From the human T2T-CHM13v2.0 reference genome, Homo sapiens: a stretch of DNA of 64,000 nt. The notes beneath the pieces were generated by a model, which was not told the origin of the DNA, made no database searches, and saw only the letters and a list, made by a program, of their open reading frames with translations. The DNA lies in NCBI RefSeq assembly GCF_009914755.1, contig NC_060932.1, one strand, 5' to 3'. Within the stretch, counting starts at the first letter, position 1. Each line of letters begins with the position of its first letter. Shown piece by piece: positions 59,855 to 64,000 of this stretch. The position numbers and the translations under genes are program-made.

Positions 59855-61320
59855 TGTGTCCGGAATTCGTGGGTTCTTGGTCTCACTGACTTCAAGAATG
59901 AAGCCGTGGACCCTCGTGGTGAGTGTTATAGCTCTTAAGGTGGTGTGTCTGGAGTTTGTTCCTTCTGATGTTTGGATGTGTTCAGCCTTCTGGTGGGTTC
60001 ATGGTCTCGCTGGCTCAGGAGTGAAGCTGCAGACCTTTTCGGTGAGTGTTACAGCTCATAAAGACAGTGTGGACCCAAAAAGTGAGCAGCAGCAAGATTT
60101 ATTGCACAGAGCGAAAGAACAAAGCTTCCACAATGTGGAAGGGGACCCCAGCAGGTTGCCACTGCTGGCTGGGGCAGCCTGCTTTTAGTCTCTTATCGGG
60201 CCCCACCCACATCCTGCTGATTGGTCCATTTTACAGAGAGCTGATTGGTCCGTTTTGACAGGGTGCTGATTGGTGTGTTTACAATCCCTGAGCTAGAACA
60301 AGGGGAAGGTGGAGGACAAAAGTTCTCCACGTACCCACTAGATTAGCTAGATACAGAGTGTGGACACAAAAGTTCTCCACGTCCCCACCAGAGTAGGTAG
60401 ATACAGAGTGTTGATTGGTGCATTCACAAACTCTGAGCTAGACAGAGGGTGCTGATTGGTGTATTTCCAAACCTTGAGCTAGATACAGAGTGCCGATTGG
60501 TGTATTTACAATCCCTTAGCTAGACATAAATGTTCTCCGAGTACCCCGCCAGAGTAGCTAGATAGAGAGTGTGGATTGGTGCATTCACAAACCCTGAGCT
60601 AGACACAGGGTGCTGACTGGTGTGTTTACAAACCTTGAGCAAGATACAGAGTGCCAATTGCTGTATTTACAATCCCTTAGCTAGACATAAAGGTTCTCCA
60701 AGTCCCCACCAGACTCAGGAGCCCAGCTGGCTTCACCCAGTGGATCCCGCATTGGGGCGCAGGTGGAGCTGCCTGCCAGTCTCGTGCTGTGCGCCCGCAC
60801 TCCTCAGCCCTTGGGTGGTCGATGGGACTGGGCGCCGTAGAGCAGGCGGCAGCGCTCGTCGGGGAGGCTCCGGCTGCGCAGGAGCCCACAGCGTGGGGGA
60901 GGCTCAGGCATGGTGGGCTGCAGGTCCCAAGCCCTGCCCCGCCGGGAGGCAGCTAAGGCCCGGCGAGAAGTCCGGCACAGCAGCTGCTGGCCCAGGTGCT
61001 AAGCCCCTCACTGCCTAGGGCGGGCGGGGCCGGCTGGCTGGCCGCTCTGAGTGCAGGGCCCGTGGAGCCCACGCCCACCCGGAACTGGCACTGACCCGCA
61101 AGCGCTGTGCGCAGCCGCGGTTCCTGCCCGCGCCTCTACTTCCACACCTCCCCGCAAGCTGAGGGAGCCGGCTCCGGCCTCGGCCAGCCCAGGAAGGGGC
61201 TCCACCGTGCAGCGGCGGGCTGAAGGGCTCCTCAAGTGCCGCCAAAGTGGGAGCCCAGGCAGAGGAGGACTCGAGAACGAGCAAGGGCTGCGAGCGCTGC
61301 CAGCACGCTGTCACCTCTCA
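59855..61320 (-). mobile_element. LTR12 (LTR12C-like) ERV9 solo LTR
   Basis: Minus-strand start TGAGAGGTGACAGCGTGCTGG and end ...TCCGGACACA; 4-bp TSD ATCC (59851-59854 and 61321-61324); U3 tandem repeats and a GC-rich region. Confidence 0.97.
60181..60710 (-). promoter_or_regulatory. LTR12 U3 promoter/enhancer: tandem CCAAT (NF-Y) repeats
   Basis: Seven intact GATTGGT motifs in repeated subunits; known ERV9 LTR architecture. Confidence 0.75.
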
Positions 61321-62476
61321 ATCCCACTCAAACTGTGTTTACAGAGCATCAGAGAAAAAAAGACAACCTGTATTCGCCCTGGAAAAACTAATGTAAGAAA
61401 TATTTTCTCTTTCAATAATTTTTTCTGATGCAGTAAGAAATTCCCATAAAATGCTTAAGATTTTACTTCCAGTCTTAGAAATATGTGAACCTATAAATAT
61501 ATTTGAGACCACCAAATTAATTCAAGACATCTTTCAAGAAACTATTGAACTGATAAAAGATATGATATGTGATGAATACTCCTGCCCTCAAGGTGGCTAA
61601 AAGCTGGTAAAGACAGACATATAACTGAATATTGCATGCCAAAATATGCAAACACATGTGCATATGAATGTGCACACACACACAACTGCAGTACTGTGAA
61701 ATCAGTGGCAACATAGAGATTTTCATGGGGGAACAACTCATACCATTAGTGACAGTAAAAAAGGAAAGAGAAGAAGAAATGGAGAGAAAAGGGAAAAGGA
61801 GATGGGGTTGGGGGAGGGAGAGAGAAAGAGGAGGGAAAAAGAGGGAGAACACACAACATGGGAGACATGATAATAAAAATGACTTGCAGTATAAGTCGTG
61901 AAAGATGAGAAGGCATTTGCAGTTGTTAGCATGTGGGTGGGAGGATTCCAGGTTAGAGAATGGAGTCTAAGAGAATAGAAGCCTTCTGGGGGGTGATGGG
62001 CATGGCACAGCATGGCAGTCAAAAATGCAGTAAGCTCCGACTACATGCGGGCAGTAGAAAACCACTGAGGAATTCTCGGCATTGGGACAAACATAATGGG
62101 ATTTACCTTTTAGAAAGGCAGCATTGGAGAATATGTCTTGAAAGGGAGTGAGGATGGAGGAAGAACAGTTGCTGTGGTCCTGGCTTCTGCCAGGTGATTC
62201 TCCTGTTTTATTTATTTAGCTCAGGGAAGTTAACAGCTTCCTGCTGTTGCTAATATCCGGGTTGCGTTGCTGTCCTCTTCCAACCTGTGTGCTCAGTTCC
62301 CTGAAATAAATTCCCTCTAGTTAAGAACTCAGAACTGTTTCTGTTTGGAGGTTAGACCTTCACTGATACACTGTAGCAATAGTCCAGAGAAGAGGTGTTG
62401 ATGGCCCTATGAAAAGGAGAGAACGTGCACATACAGAGGAGAGAGCTAATTTAGAAAACAAAACCACAGAATTTGA

Positions 62477-62480
<4 letters not shown>

Positions 62481-62526
<46 letters not shown>
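62481..62526. repeat. (GT)23 microsatellite
   Basis: Perfect repeat. Confidence 0.97.
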
Positions 62527-62528
<2 letters not shown>

Positions 62529-63559
62529 GCATGAGGGGAGAGACGAATAGATACTCTGACCCTTCTGGATGGCCCACTTAACAGAGTGATGTGATTTAAA
62601 GAAACAAGCAATGAGGGAAGAGCAAAGGATTGTAGGAGAAGGCCTAAGGCGACCATAGGACACTCAGACATGTCTAGTAAACAGATGGATGTTGGAATCT
62701 GTAGCATCCATAATTGAAATCTATTAGCATATAGTAGGAGTTTAACAGTATTTAAGATCTTAGAAGATCACTAGAAAAAGCATATATAATGAAAAGGGAC
62801 CAATGACACAACTTCATGGAAGCACTCATATAAAGGGTTAAATGGACAAAGAGGAAAATCAGAGGGGGAAATAGTGTCACAAAAGCCGAGACCTTTAGTA
62901 AAGATGAATAGTCAAAAAATGCTAGAATGGGTTCATTCTCTATGCCTACTCAGATGTCATTGACCAATTAAGGGTAGATCCAAAGTTGCTTTTTCTCTTC
63001 AAAATAACATTCTACTACATTGTTATTCTCATATTACAATGAAGAGATTGGGAACCAGAGAGAGAGAAAATCAGTTTTCTAATTTTACCCAGCTGGTATA
63101 TGGGGAAACTAGAATTTCAACCCAGCTCTGACTAATTTGTAGAGTCTGTGGTGCTTTGTAAATGGTCATCAATGCGAGGCTAACAAATCTGTATGTATTT
63201 ATATAGTAACAAGAAAGCTTGAGACAAGGTAAGACGTGATCATAGCTATGTCTGAGAAGAATAATCTAAAAGCAGCATGTAGTGGGGATTTGAAAAGATA
63301 GATCCAGGAAAAAGGAAGCGCAGTTATTAGACCTCTAGATAAGGAGAAATGAGAGCCTTCTTTAGGGTGCAGATTTGTCAGATTTAGGAAAAATAACAGT
63401 AAAACTCAAAATGCCCATTTACATATGAATTTCTGAATTTTTGGTTTAAGTACGTCCCTTATAATATCTGGTATTTATGTATATTAAAATCATGCTATTT
63501 ATTTTAAATTTGTATTTAACTAGTCTCATGTATTTTATCTGGTAGCCTAAAGTACTGTA

Positions 63560-64000
63560 ATGTAATTCTGACACTAACAACCTATAGTTTGTGCAGACTC
63601 CGTAGGTTGAGGCAAAGACCCCAGTAAGATTGTTCTTGTCAGATACCAATCTCAAACTCAGAGGTTCCCAGGCCAACTGCACTTCTGACTAACAGGCTAC
63701 AAATTTGGTGTTTCCTATGATTCCCTTAGGTTGATATGATAATTCACTAGATTAATTCACATGACTCAGGAAAAGGGTATACTTATGACAGTACTTTTAT
63801 TTTAAACAATAAAAAAGCAGAACCTCCTAATGAGACATACCTCCTAAATGAAGACATACGTAGGGCAAGGTCTAGCATGGTTTCGAAGTAGAGCTTTCGT
63901 GTATTCTCACAAACTCGGAATGCATCATTCTGGGTGTGCTCACTAACCAGGAAGCTCACCCAAGACTCAGTGTATAGCAGCTTTGTTGGTGTTTCTTTAC
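63560..64000. mobile_element. MER21-like LTR (runs off the window end)
   Basis: aattctgacactaac...gcagactccgtaggttgagg...acttctgac...ggctacaaattt...ataattcactaga...actcaggaaa. Confidence 0.7.

Noticed and set aside
60210-60710. CRISPR-like repeat/spacer array
   Set aside because: These are the known ERV9 U3 tandem subunits. The spacers are not unique, there are no cas genes, and the DNA is mammalian.
60740-61310. Host-gene CpG island promoter and its GC-rich ORFs
   Set aside because: It lies entirely inside the LTR12 bounded by its TSD. The ORFs arise from GC-rich composition.
61803-61835. G-quadruplex
   Set aside because: The fourth G-run is separated by a long purine loop within low-complexity sequence, so support is weak.

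Overview
AT-rich, CpG-depleted primate (human-like) genomic DNA made mostly of interspersed repeats. It holds about 10 Alus, three 5'-truncated L1PA copies on the minus strand, an LTR12/ERV9 solo LTR, THE1 and MST MaLR LTRs, Tigger/MER DNA-transposon fragments, old L2/MIR/L3(CR1) relics and many microsatellites. I cannot identify any host protein-coding exon with confidence. A splice-donor-like site at base 6 and the antisense bias of the young L1s and most LTRs suggest, by inference only, a long intron of a plus-strand gene that I cannot name. The only long ORF (521 aa) is L1 ORF2 reverse transcriptase. The most notable observations: (1) an L1PA3-like copy carrying an apparent ~140-bp 3' transduction inside its target-site duplication (TSD); (2) an L1PA2-like copy with an ~800-bp internal deletion whose junction fits a two-step template switch and leaves an open RT-core ORF; (3) these two independent insertions break at the same CATG of ORF2; (4) a palindromic AT-rich repeat at an L1 tail; (5) several locally templated insertion scars; (6) protein fossils of CR1 ORF2 and possibly an ERVL-like gag. 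Repeat subfamily calls come from remembered consensus diagnostics, not a database search. I see no evidence for a wholly new multi-gene system.
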